From Octopus sinensis (taxonomy: Eukaryota): a stretch of DNA of 64,000 nucleotides. Each line of letters starts with the position of its first letter. Position 1 is the first letter of the stretch. Below, one piece after another: positions 1 through 11,024 of the stretch. The position numbers were made by a program, and so were the translations under genes. The DNA is taken from contig NC_043006.1 in assembly GCF_006345805.1 (NCBI RefSeq), forward strand, positions 34,658,001 through 34,722,000, read 5' to 3'. Below the pieces are notes generated by a model that had not been told where the DNA came from, did not search any database, and worked only from the letters and a program-made list of their open reading frames with translations.

Positions 1-959
1 TGGTCATGTGATGAGAATGGCTGAAGATAGTTGTGTGCGAAAGTGCCACACCCTGGCAGTTGAGGGGACCTGTGGAAGAGGTGGACCCAGGAAAACCTGG
101 GTCGAGGTGGTGAAGCATGACCTTCGAACTTTAGGTCTCACCAAGGAAATGACCAGAGACCGAGACCTTTGGAAGTATGCTGTGCGTGAGAAAACCCGGC
201 AAGACCAGTGAGAACAGTCAAAATCAAAATCAAACCAAATCAATTCATATATCAGAAAGCAGAACCAAATTGAGGTCGATCAACATCAGTGGGAATTGCA
301 GCTGTGGTTAAGCGAACCATCCGATCATGGTCGTTGCTGGCGCCGCCCCGTCTAGCCTCCGTGTCAGTGGCACGTAGAAGCACCAACCGTTCGTGTCCGT
401 TGCCAGCCTCGCCTGGCCCCCGTGCAGGTGACACGTAAAAGTACCATCCGTTCGTGGCCGTTTGCCAGCTCTGTCTGGCCCCCGTGCCGGTGACACGTAA
501 AAGCACCATCCGTTCGTGGCCGTTTGCCAGCCCTGTCTGGCCCCCGTGTCAGTGGCATGTAAAAGCACCATCCATTCGTGTCCGTTGCCAGCCTCGCCTG
601 GCCCCCGTGCCGGTGACACGTAAAAGCACCATCCATTTCGTGTCCGTTTGCCAGCTCTGTCTGGCCCCCGTGTTGGTGGCACGTAAAAGCACCATCCATT
701 GCCAGCCTCGCCTGGCCCCCGTGCCGGTGAATGTAAAAGCACCATCCGTTCGTGGCCGTTTGCCAGCTCTGTCTGGCACCTGTGCGGGTGGCACGTAAAA
801 AGCACCCACTACACTCACGGAGTGGTTGGTGTTAGGAAAGGCATCCAGCCGTAGAAACACTGCCAGATCTGACTGGGCCTGATGAAGCCTTCCACCTTCA
901 CAGACCCCAGTTGAACCGTCCAACCCATGCTAGCATGGAAAACGGACGCTAAATGATGA

Positions 960-960
<1 letters not shown>
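1..960 (+). mobile_element. 3' end of an RTE-clade LINE: ORF2 C-terminus, 3'UTR with ~60-bp tandem array, and (GAT)n tail
   Basis: ORF 8-211 (HVMRM..GRGGPRKTWVEVVKHDLRTLGLT..DRDLWKYAV) resembles an RTE ORF2 C-terminus; ends in CCCATGCTAGCATGGAAAACGGACGCTAAATGATGATGAT. Confidence 0.75.
355..800 (+). repeat. ~60-bp minisatellite, about 7 copies
   Basis: Unit GCCAGCCTCGCCTGGCCCCCGTGCCGGTGACACGTAAAAGCACCATCCGTTCGTGGCCGTT repeated with variants. Confidence 0.9.
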
Positions 961-994
<34 letters not shown>

Positions 995-1000
<6 letters not shown>

Positions 1001-1185
1001 GATCGTTAGCCACTACACGCATTTTTTTCTCTCTTGTTTCTTCTGTGTACCTTTCTGTAGAAGATCGTAGGCTCGAAACGTAAAAGACTTTTTCTATTCC
1101 TGAGCGTTATACTAATACATCTGTTTGTTTTGTACACCACCTGTCTTCGTCTTTTGTTTTTTTCATAAACTCTCCCCATATATAT
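995..1185 (+). mobile_element. ~190-bp (TA)n-flanked repeat with hammerhead-like core at 1051-1086
   Basis: Homologous to 15480-15615, 17860-18045 and 52638-52830(-); CTTT-CTGTAGA-A-stem-GAAACGTA-AAAG. Confidence 0.65.
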
Positions 1186-1639
1186 ACACACTCACAGGCA
1201 CACACACGATAATATTCTTTCAGTTTCCATTTACCAAATCCAGCCACAAAACTTTGGTCATTCCAGAGCTACACTGAAGGCACTTGTTCAAAGTGTCATG
1301 CTGTGAGACTGAACTTGAAAATACGAGATTGAGAAGCAGGCTTCTTAACCATGCAGTCATGCCTTGTGTGTGTGTATGCATGTATGTGTGAGCACGCCCA
1401 CACACACACAAGTATGTCAATAAGTGACGCTATCATAATAACAGAAGAGGTTAGGAATTGTGAAATGGCTGTAATCTAGAATTGGACTTGAATCACAAAC
1501 TTTGGTCATCAAGTGTTCAGAATTTATCTGGCCATGTGACTAAAGAGTTTGTTTAATAATAATGGGGTTCCCTTTTTTCATATCACCACTCAATATTTTG
1601 ATCTATCATAGCCCTATGTTGACCCATTATTATTGTTAA

Positions 1640-1830
1640 GGCAGGGTGAACTGGAAGAGTTGTTAGCACACTGGACAAAATACTAAGCTGTATTTCACCT
1701 GTTGCGTTCTGAGGTCAAATTTACCTTTCAGGCTCGATAAAATAAATACCAGTTGAGTACTGGGGTCAATGTAGTCAACTATCCCCTCCCCCAAATTTTA
1801 GGCCTTGTGCCTATAATAGAAAGGATTATT
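1640..1830 (+). mobile_element. tRNA-derived SINE, family B (Deu/Nin-domain-like), degenerate
   Basis: GAGGTCAAATT..CTTTCA..GATAAAATAAATACCAGTTGAGTACTGGGGTC..GGCCTTGTGCCTATAATAGAAAGGATTATT. Confidence 0.7.
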
Positions 1831-2730
1831 ATTACCTCCGCGGAGGTATTGTTTTCAGTTGTGTTTGTTTGTTTGTCTGTGGACTAGACATCTCAAGAAC
1901 CACTGGATGGATTCAGATGAAACTTTCAGAGATGTTTGGCCTTGTGACTGGCATGAACCGATTAGGACAAGGATTCTGGATTATATTTCTGATTTCTTTT
2001 TTACTTTACTTGTATATGTAAAGTTTCACATAGTTCTCTGGTACACTCGCACACATTTTCAGCATGGAACTTTACCATCCCATTACTGTTGTACACACAC
2101 ATATACTCACACTTCAGACGCCATTTATTGGCTTTTTCACTCCTTCCTTCGTTATTCATCTCTCACTCCTAACTTCCTCATTCATGCAATGCTCTCTTTG
2201 CCATTTCGTTTTTGTCTTTCTCATTGTCATTACTTTCTCTCACTCCCTCTCAGTCATGGCTATTACTATCACTACCTCTCCTTCACTGTATTAGTATTTT
2301 ATCACCTCTCCCTTTACCTCTCACTCAATATCATCATCATTGTTTAACGTCCGCTTTCCATGCTAGCATGGGTTGGACAGTTCAACTGGGGTCTGGCAAG
2401 CCCGAAGGCTGCACCAGGCCAGTCAGATCTGGCAGTGTTTCTACAGCTGGATGCCCTTCCTAACGCCAACCACTCCGAGAGTGTAGTGGGTGATTTTATG
2501 TGCCACCGACACAGGTGCCAGACGAGGCTGGCAGACATATATATATATATATATATTTGGATTATTTTTCCGTTTGAGAGCAGTCAGGTTCATTTTTAGT
2601 GTTCTTGTTTGTGAGAGCAGTTGAGTTTATTTTTCAGATAATCTCATTTTAAAAATCATCTCCAGCTAATCATTGAGAGGATGTTGGTGTTACTTTGGCG
2701 GAGGTTTGCATTCTCTGAGTGCACTTGTTA
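1830..2730 (+). mobile_element. Non-autonomous DNA element (Helentron/Crypton-like ends) with nested repeats
   Basis: Starts ATTACCTCCGCGGAGGTATTGTTTTC, ends CTTTGGCGGAGGTTTGCATTCTCTGAGTGC; related copy at ~60860-61105(-); superfamily uncertain. Confidence 0.45.
2335..2537 (-). mobile_element. Short copy of the RTE 3' tail (truncated LINE or partner SINE)
   Basis: Reverse complement of the 800-960 tail. Confidence 0.75.
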
Positions 2731-2779
2731 GTTTTTTGCTTTTTATTATTATTATTATTGTTGTTATTGTTAATTATAG

Positions 2780-2888
2780 CCTCTCAAGATAACGAGCCTG
2801 GCAGATTTGTTTGCAAGATTTATTCCTACACCATCAACATGACGAATCTAATCAACTCTGTAACTGAACCTCTCACTGGTATAAACAG
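2780..2888 (+). CDS. UBE3D: UBE3D-like internal coding exon (SQDNEPGRFVCKIYSYTINMTNLINSVTEPLTGIN)
   Basis: TTATAG acceptor, AG|GTGAGT donor, open frame, in phase with the exon at 3773. Confidence 0.65.
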
Positions 2889-3082
2889 GTGAGTTATACT
2901 TTCCTTCTTATTTTATTGGTGGTTCCAATCATTTGCCAGCTGCCGTTGTGGGACACAGAACTTTAGAACTTGAAAGGCTGGAAAGCAAGATCAACCTCAA
3001 TGGGATTTGAAATCAAAGTACCATGTGGTGGGGCAAATATTTTGTCTTATGTTGTGATGCCTTGGTTAATTCACAGCCTTAA

Positions 3083-3303
3083 CCCTTTCAATACTGTATT
3101 TCTGTTGAGATCCTCTGTGTTTCTTTCAATTACTTTAAATATAACAAGGAATTTAATAAAATAACTTAGTTATCATTAAGCTAGTGTTAGGAACATAAAT
3201 TGTGACTAAGGTTTGGTGGAAGATTTTAATTCAGAACTTATGAAAACAAGACATTTGTATTACAGAGCCAGAGGTGGTTTCAGCTGGATTGGTATCGAAA
3301 GGG
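3083..3303. mobile_element. piggyBac-like MITE
   Basis: TTAA on both sides (3079-82, 3304-07); TIR CCCTTTCAATAC / GTATCGAAAGGG. Confidence 0.8.
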
Positions 3304-3335
3304 TTAAGAATTATTTCTCTATTATATATTATTAA

Positions 3336-3530
3336 CCCTTTTGTTACCATGTTTCTGTTGAGATGCTCTGTATTATCTTTCAATTAATTTTAAATATAAC
3401 AAAGAATTTAGTAAAATAACTTAATCATTCATTGTTAGGAACATGAATTGTGACGAAGGTTTGGTGGAAGATTTTAATTCAGAACTTTTGAAAACAAGAC
3501 ATTTGTACTACAGAGCCAGAAGCGGTTTCA
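3336..3530. mobile_element. Second, truncated tandem copy of the piggyBac-like MITE
   Basis: TTAACCCTTT start; colinear with 3083-3280. Confidence 0.75.
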
Positions 3531-3772
3531 GTCAAAGTGAAGTACAACGGTTTTGCTACGAAATGGTGAAAGTAATTTTTTGATTTCTGAAAAAGGAACG
3601 TTTTGGACGTACGACACTTTTGCATAATAGCTACGATATATATAATCCTGGACAAGTGCATGTGTCTTGTATGTGTATGTCATATTTATCTGTACATCTA
3701 TATGTATTGATGTATATATAAAGTGATGAATGTTTATACGTAGTGCATACTTTGGTATTATTCTGCTTTCAG

Positions 3773-3896
3773 GTGGACCTTTACTGAAGAGTCTTATTTG
3801 GCCAGTTATCTCTTAGAACAGAGTCGAATCTACACCAGTTTCAAATTCATCATTGAATCTTCAAAATCCGACCACCAGCCAGCCATCACCTGCTTG
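3773..3896 (+). CDS. UBE3D: UBE3D-like exon (WTFTEESYLASYLLEQSRIYTSFKFIIESSKSDHQPAITCL)
   Basis: TTTCAG acceptor, TTG|GTATGC donor; resembles the UBE3D 'IAQCLVQLSSARSTFRFTI' segment as recalled. Confidence 0.8.
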
Positions 3897-4417
3897 GTAT
3901 GCTATAAGTTTGTGCTTTGTTTTTTCGTAGAAATTGACATTGCTATTATGATCACAGAGAATATAGCTCAAACACAGGAGAGATGGTCATGTTCTCAGTA
4001 ACATAAAAGAATCATTATTATTGCTGCAGCTAAGGTAGCAAGCTGGCAGAATCCTTAGCATGCCAGCTAAAATGCTTAGCAGTATCTTACCCATCTTTGA
4101 CCTGAATTCAAATTCTGGTGAGGTCAACTTTACTTTTCACCCTTTTTAGGGTCAATGTAATCAACTTACCCCTTCTTCAATTGCTGGCCTTGTAACAAAA
4201 TAAGAAAGAACTTTTTATTGTTGCAAAGTAAGTGCCTTGCTCAAGGGGCCTCGTCATAAATTGTGCCCATGCAGAATGTGAGACATTTTGGCACCACTGA
4301 TTTGGTATCATTGATTCATTACTGACTTATTTGACATCAGACCTTTATTCTCTCTCTCTCTATATCTATTTACCTACCTACATGCCTGCCTCCCTCCCTC
4401 TATATACACACACACAC

Positions 4418-4463
<46 letters not shown>

Positions 4464-4527
4464 ACAAGCATGGTCATGCAAACAAGAAGAATAGATCTCT
4501 AAATATTAGTATATTCTTTTGTTATTT

Positions 4528-4924
4528 TACTTGTTTCAGTCTTGACTGCGGCCATACTGGAGCACTGCCTTTAGTCGACAAACTGACCCCAAAACTTATC
4601 CTCTGTAAGCCTAGTACTTATTCTATCGGTCTCTTTTGCCGAACCGCTACGTTTCAGGGACATAAACACACTATCATTGGTTGTCAAGCAATGGTTGGGA
4701 GACAGACACACACACATAAATATACATACATACATGCAAAAATTATAATTATAATATATACAACAATATATGTGTGTGCACACACACACAGGCTTCTTTT
4801 AGGCTCCCTCTACCAAATCCACACTCAAGGCTTTCGTTGGCCCAAGGCTATAGTAGAAGACACTTGCCAAAGGTGCCATGCAATGGGACTGAACCCTGAA
4901 ACATGGTTGGGAGGTAAGCTACTT
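4528..4924 (-). mobile_element. tRNA-derived SINE, family A (CORE-like), split by an insertion; its 5' end lies at 6292-6312
   Basis: Matches intact copies at 13221 and 18318; both halves share AAGCTACTT. Confidence 0.85.
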
Positions 4925-6291
4925 TATTTCAATATTTTTGCCATAAAGGCATTGCACAGAGAGGACACTACATATGTGGGGACTTATAACAAAAAGATAT
5001 AAAAATAATATATGATGATATGAATGACACATGAAAATGAACATGAAGAACATATTGAAATTATAACATGAGTGATAGTTGAAAATGAAAATCTGAAGAG
5101 TGTGCTACTCACCCCATACTGAGCAACACCACTTACTGTCTCTGAGTTCTAATTTCCTTTTAGTCTCTGTTCCAGTTCCGCTATCACTTCATGACTGCAA
5201 TCTCTTGTAGCCTTTTTTACCGGAGGAGGGGGTCTTTTAAATTCTGAGGTGTCTGAGCTTTTTTTTTTCCATTTTTTCGTGGGGGGAAATGGGATGAGTA
5301 GGTTTGGTGTCTGTATGGGGAGGGTGGGTCTGAGTGGTCTTGGGTGGGATGGAGTTGGACTGGAGTACCACATCACACTCAGTGTTTTCTTTTTCTCTCC
5401 TTTTTTCTACTCTCTGTTACTCTCCATTCTTATTCCTTTTCCTCCTTTCCTCTATCTTTTCTTTCTCTTGTTTCTCTTCCATCTCCACAACTGTTTCCTC
5501 AGCTATTGTCCTCTGTAAAGGGCAGTATGCTCTAATGTGGCCCTTTTGGCCACATTTAAAACAACATGGTACTCTGCCCTCTACCCACACTCTCAGCACA
5601 ATTTCCCCCCAACATCATTGTCTCTACCAAACTCTCCAGGTGTCCCTCCTCCATCTGTATAATTAATTCTAGTGTCTTCCCTTCCCACCCTCCTTCTTCC
5701 ATTTCTGTGGCTTGAAGGACAGCCACCACCACGCAAGCCACTTCTATATCAGGTGGGATTACTTCTACCCTTACCTTGGTAGTCTTTCTTCCAAGGTATG
5801 TGAGCAGAAGTATAACTTCCTCTGTTTTCACCGCCACACTCACCAGCCTCCTTGCCTCCTCTACTGTCCTAAATGGATAACCATTGCCCCATATCTCCTC
5901 CTTTAGTTATATATGTTATTCCTTTGACTGCTCCTTAGCACCTTTTCCATTCTGCTTCCACCTGCTCAGCCTTTTTCCTTTTTAATGAGAACTCCTTATA
6001 GGTGATCGTTTTTCTCTCCATCTGCTCCATAATTCTTTTGTACCATCTTCTGTACCATCTTCTCATACTCCTTCAGACCAGCCAAGTCCAACTCCTTTCG
6101 CTTCATTTCCGTGGCCTCAGCAAAACTTTCTCCAACACTCCGCCCATCTTTATGACCGCCCTTACCAGCTCCTCTTCTGCTGAAGACAACTTGGACCCAC
6201 TGAGGTCTGAATACATTTTCTAAGCAGCATGAAAAACCGTCCGACTCAACAAAATCACACAGCAACTACTGGAAAACGCATGCGCAGAAGC
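4925..6291 (-). mobile_element. Full-length ORF1-only non-LTR retroposon (degenerate gag-like ORF with CCHC knuckle)
   Basis: 9-bp TSD AAGCTACTT (4916-24, 6292-6300); CFKCGQKGHIRAYC; YLGRKTTKVRV..IPPDI homologous to 55062-56159; no RT inside. Confidence 0.75.
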
Positions 6292-6628
6292 AAGCTACTT
6301 ACCACACAGCCACTTATGCACCTTGAACATATTTCTCTATATGAGTATGTGAAGAGAGGAAAGTATTTATGTTAACTGTGTTCAATTAATAAATTGTTAT
6401 ATCTCTCTCTCTCTCTCTCTCACTCTTTTTATCCGTGTATATTCCTGTGAATGTGTTTGCCTCCAGCTCCTGAAAGTACCATTACCAGCACAGGCTGCAT
6501 CTCCACTCAGCATCCAAACAGCCACACCCACTTGTCCCCTCCCACAGTGCAGTCACTTGTCAAGTATCTTAGCATCATAGAGACCATGCCTCTTGATATG
6601 TATAAAAATAAACATTCATTTCTTCTAG

Positions 6629-6789
6629 GTTTGGTTGTTAGATAACATTCAAGTGTATGAACTCAACGATATTCCAACTGCTGCTGAACATAAGCATGTC
6701 CATGAACTGTCCTTGGAGCCAGAAGTACGACAGAAAATTCTTTATCAGGCTGAAATAAATAATGTTCCTAAGTCTTCCAATAAAGAGAG
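6629..6789 (+). CDS. UBE3D: UBE3D-like exon (VWLLDNIQVYEL...QKILYQAEINNVPKSSNKE)
   Basis: TTCTAG acceptor, AG|GTAAAA donor; phase 0 start, phase 2 end; LWLL and KxLYQ motifs as in UBE3D. Confidence 0.8.
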
Positions 6790-6819
6790 GTAAAAACTTT
6801 AGTTTTATCTTTTATTTTA

Positions 6820-7224
6820 ATACAGTTCTATATTTAAGAGATGAAGAATTATGTACATTATTTACATTTGACAGATATTTGTCCTCATCTTGTTTGTTGT
6901 TAACACAACGTTTTGGCTGATATATCCTCCAGCCTTCATCAGGTGTCTTGGGGAAATTTCGAACTTGGGTTCTCATCATCATCGTTGTTGTTGTTGGTGG
7001 TGGTGGTGGTCAGGTTACTGCCTGGAATCGAACTCGGAGATATGGTGTAGTGGTTAAGGGCACGGGCTACTAACCCCAAGATTCTGAGTTTGATTCCAGG
7101 CAATGACCTGAATAATAATAATAATAATAAGTAATGTGAACCCAGGTTCGAAATATCAGCCGAAATGTTGTGTTAACAACAAACAAGATAAGGACAAATA
7201 TCCGTCAAATGTAAATAATGTAAA
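6820..7224. mobile_element. Non-coding Penelope-derived element: two inverted pseudo-LTRs with tRNA-like head and degenerate hammerheads
   Basis: 14-bp TSD TATCTTTTATTTTA (6806-19, 7225-38); homologous to 41861-42554; hammerhead at 6902-6947(-) has GAAA changed to AAAA. Confidence 0.8.
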
Positions 7225-7436
7225 TATCTTTTATTTTATTTTCTCTTTGGTTAATTTTTGGTTTAAATGTTATTGCTTGCTTGGTAGACTGGAAGAACTA
7301 GGAAGTGAGAAACAAAGTGCCTTGTGGTATTTAGTTTATGGATCTTTACATTCTGAGATCAAATCCTGCTGTGATCAACTTTGCCTTCCATACTTTCAAT
7401 ACTGGTTATATAAAGTACTGGTCAAGTAGATGAGGT

Positions 7437-7700
7437 TGCCATCATCATCAATTAACATCCACTTTCCATGCTGGCATGGGTTAGATGGTCTGACTGGAAC
7501 TGATAAGCCAGAGGGCTGTACCAGGTTCCAGTCCGATTTGGCATGGTTTCTACAGCCCTTCCTAATGCCAACCACTCCAGGAGTGTAATGGGTACTTTTT
7601 ACCTCCCACCTGCACGGTGCCGTTTACATGACACCAGCAACAGCCACGACTATGATTCCATGGGTACCATTTACATGACACTGGCAACATATGTGCAAAA
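7437..7700 (-). mobile_element. RTE 3'-tail repeat copy
   Basis: CATCATCAATTAACATCCACTTTCCATGCTGGCATGGGTT..CCAACCACTCC. Confidence 0.7.
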
Positions 7701-8532
7701 GCCAAATATGAACATAATGGAAATTTTTTCTGAATTCTTAATAATTATTATTATTATTCAGGTCATTGCCTGGAATCAAACTCAGAATCTTGGGGTTAGT
7801 AGCCCGCGCCCTTAACCATTACACCATATCTCCGAGTTCGATTCCAGGCAGTAACCTGACCACCACCACCACCAACAACAGTTATTTGTAATTTTGATAC
7901 ATGACTGAATAAAAATAAATGTAAAATTCCTGCTAAATCTGTCTGGAATTCAGCTTATCCGATTAGCCAGAATGTTCTAATCTGTCACATTAAATCCCAC
8001 TTAAGAGAAATATTTGTAAACTAGAAGCACAGACATGGCTGTGTGGATAAGAAGTTTACTTTGCAACCATGTGGTTTTGGGTTCAGTCCCCCTCTTTGGT
8101 AACTTGGGTAAGTGTATGTTACTTAACACTGGTTTGACTGATGCCTTGTGAGTGGATTTGGCTGATGGAAACTCAAGATATCCTCGGCTTGAAGAGTAGC
8201 CTGTGGTATACACTAGAGGTTCTGCTTGCTATGAAACATGCCCCCGGATCTTACCTACTTCATTCCTTCACTCTTGTATTCTTATTTGCACACCCAGCAA
8301 CCCTGGTTACCTACTGTGAAATATAAAAATAACTTTTCAGTGTATCATGCTCTGATAGAAAGAAAATCCACAACATTCCATCTCAGTAAACTATTATTGT
8401 CCCAGAAAGTTGTTTTTTTATATTTACTATAGATTGCTTGAAGCTAACTTTCTTCCTACACCTTGATCCCTATATATATAGTTGAAAAAAGATTAGAGAT
8501 CTATACAAATCAAATTTTTATATATATATATA

Positions 8533-8700
8533 AGACAGAGGTGGAAATAGCACAGAATTAAGTCTAAGACATTTCAGTTTAAGAGGGAATTTAATAAAAA
8601 ATTATATAATAAAAATATTTTTATTCTATAATCTTTTATTAAACTCCCTCTTAAACTGAAATGTCTTAGACTTAATTCTGTGCTATTTCTACCTCTGTCT
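8533..8700. mobile_element. Hairpin MITE in a TA microsatellite
   Basis: ~65-bp near-perfect TIRs (AGACAGAGGTGGAAATAGCACAG... / ...CTGTGCTATTTCTACCTCTGTCT); TA flanks. Confidence 0.75.
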
Positions 8701-9304
8701 TATATATATATATATATATAAAAGAAATCATGACACCAGTTTATATCGTTTATTCTCCACATAAGTTTCACCTTTGTGGTTCTTTGCAACCTCTACATTG
8801 GATGTTCCAAATACAATTGGATGCTGAACCAGATCATAAATACCAAAACTTTAAGAATGAGTACTGGGGTTGATTTGTATGACTAAACCTTCGAAGATGG
8901 TGCCCTAGCATGGCCATAGTCCAATGACAAACAAGTAGAAGAAGAATCCTAATCTCATACGAAAGGTTTGTTTGCCTGGCTTCTTCCCAGTTCTTCATTT
9001 GTCTCAAAGAATAAGAACGGTAATTGGCATTCAGTTTCTGTTTTCAGAGACAAGTGTAAAGGTAACCAGCGAATCAAAAACTGCTAGTCAAAAATCTGCC
9101 ATTTACGGTCAAAACTTGTACATTTGAAGCTTCCACATCAGGGAAGGCTATTTCTCTTATGAACCCATGCTAGCATGGAAAGCGGACGTTAAACGATGAT
9201 GTCTTATATGATTCAAGTCACATCAGGAAACTTACCCATGCTAGCATGAAAAACAGACATTAAATGATGATGATGATGTGTTATTTCTGTTTTGTTTTTC
9301 TCAG

Positions 9305-9458
9305 GAAAATTGCTGAAGAGGTTCTGAAACTATGGAAGTCAGATGTTTCTGTTCATATGTTGACCCTTTCACCTCAACTGACCGCAACATTGCTACGCTA
9401 TTTAATCTGCAGTACCAATTCCTTGCCATTCTCCTGTCGAAGGATTAATGAATTTCAT
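9305..9458 (+). CDS. UBE3D: UBE3D-like exon (KIAEEVLKLWKSDVSVHMLTLSPQLTATLLRYLICSTNSLPFSCRRINEFH)
   Basis: TTCTCAG acceptor, CAT|GTAAGA donor; close to human LWESDISVHPLTL...SNANLPSSLRRVNSFQ as recalled. Confidence 0.85.
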
Positions 9459-10935
9459 GTAAGAACAATTTTTTTCTCTTTTGGTTTACATTGCACTGAT
9501 AATAATGGAAATAACAATGGAAATATGTTTGGTTTGGTCAAAATTAGTGTGGCTCAAAATTTACCCAAAGTCCTGAAAGGGTCAACCCTATATTTAATGA
9601 TTTAAAAAATTAATTTTTTTCATAAATTTTGCTCAAAGAATGGAGATTTAGTTAGACCAAGTTTAAGAAAGATATCTATATACTCTTGGCATTAGGAAAG
9701 GCATTCAGTTAAAGAAACGTTGCCAAATTAGATTGGAACCTGCTGCAGTCCACCAGCTTGTCAGTTTTCAGTCAAACCTTCCAACTCATGCCAGCATGGA
9801 AAGCAGATGTGAAATGATGATGATCTTACAAATGCTTAGTGCAGGATCTAGATTTGGTGAGTCCTTAAGCTATATAAAACTTGTAGACAACTTGTTAAAA
9901 AAATATTTCACCAGAAGGTCTCACAAAAATTGAAAACCTGCCTGTTAATTATTTTGAGGCTATTGCAGATTGTGTGACCCTAACCTATAGTTTGTTTAGT
10001 ATTTACCTAAACCTAGGGCTGCAAGTGCCCTCACCATATTCTACTTCACAAAGTTTATCTCTTCTTAAAATATGTTCCTTCTCATTTACTAGGTGTGTGT
10101 AAGTCCTCAAATTTCTCTTCTGTTTTCTTTTAGCTATTCTATGGTTCCTGGCTTATTGATTGCCATTTTCTCTTTTAAATATTGTTAACATAAAATCTAA
10201 AGCAATCATAAGTGCGTAGGTCAGTTAATTTCTGAATTCTTGGAAATTTAACAATTTCCAAAAATTTGTCTTGTGCCTTAAATCAGCCTCAAAATCTGTT
10301 GAAAGCATCTAACTAAATCATGAATAATCCATTTAAAAAGCACTTTTTGCACAGTGTTATTGGGAAATGCCAGCGACTGGAGTTGAACTGCTGATTTTGA
10401 CTTAACCGGCTACAACTTTCACCTGGTCTAGTTGAAAAAATTTGAGATATTTCTATATTTATTCAATACCTAGATGTAATAAATTCCCAATTGATTGACC
10501 TTTTACTTTGTAAAAGTATTGTCTCAACAGATGGTCACCTGTATGACCAATTGTGCAGTGAACTAGATACTCCTATTTCCTACAGCTAGATCAGCCGAGA
10601 CAATAGAGAATAAAATGTTGTATATAAAATCTCAATCAGTCAAACCAACAAAGAAGTTTCTACATTGTTATTTGTTGTCTGCCAGTAAGAGCTACAAAAC
10701 AACATTCAAATTACACCCTCTTTGGGTCCTCTTTACTTAAGAGAAAGCCAACATAGCCACAATTGAAATGTCTTTGGTCATAACTTTGCTTGTTCAGAGA
10801 TGACTTGTACCGTAGATTTCAAATCACAATCCATTAACAGATACATCAATATCTCAATATATTTCTATAATCTGTTCAAAAGACACAATTTATTTGAAGA
10901 TATTAAGTTGCTTTTTTTTTCTTGTCATTTTTCAG

Positions 10936-10959
10936 GTTGGTTTCTTACGTCCACCCTAA
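10936..10959 (+). CDS. UBE3D: UBE3D-like terminal coding exon (VGFLRPP*)
   Basis: TTTTTCAG acceptor, phase 0; parallels the UBE3D terminal VAFLKM*. Confidence 0.75.
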   Translation, partial: VGFLRPP

Positions 10960-11024
10960 AATCCAAAGATGTTCAGTTCTGTTGACTTTTTACAAATGTC
11001 TGTGTTATTATTAAATTTTTATTG

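Noticed and set aside
355-800. CRISPR-like array
   Set aside because: Contiguous minisatellite with no unique spacers, in a eukaryotic LINE 3'UTR.
4331-5002. 223-aa ORF
   Set aside because: Read-through of microsatellites and an antisense SINE; no protein-like content.
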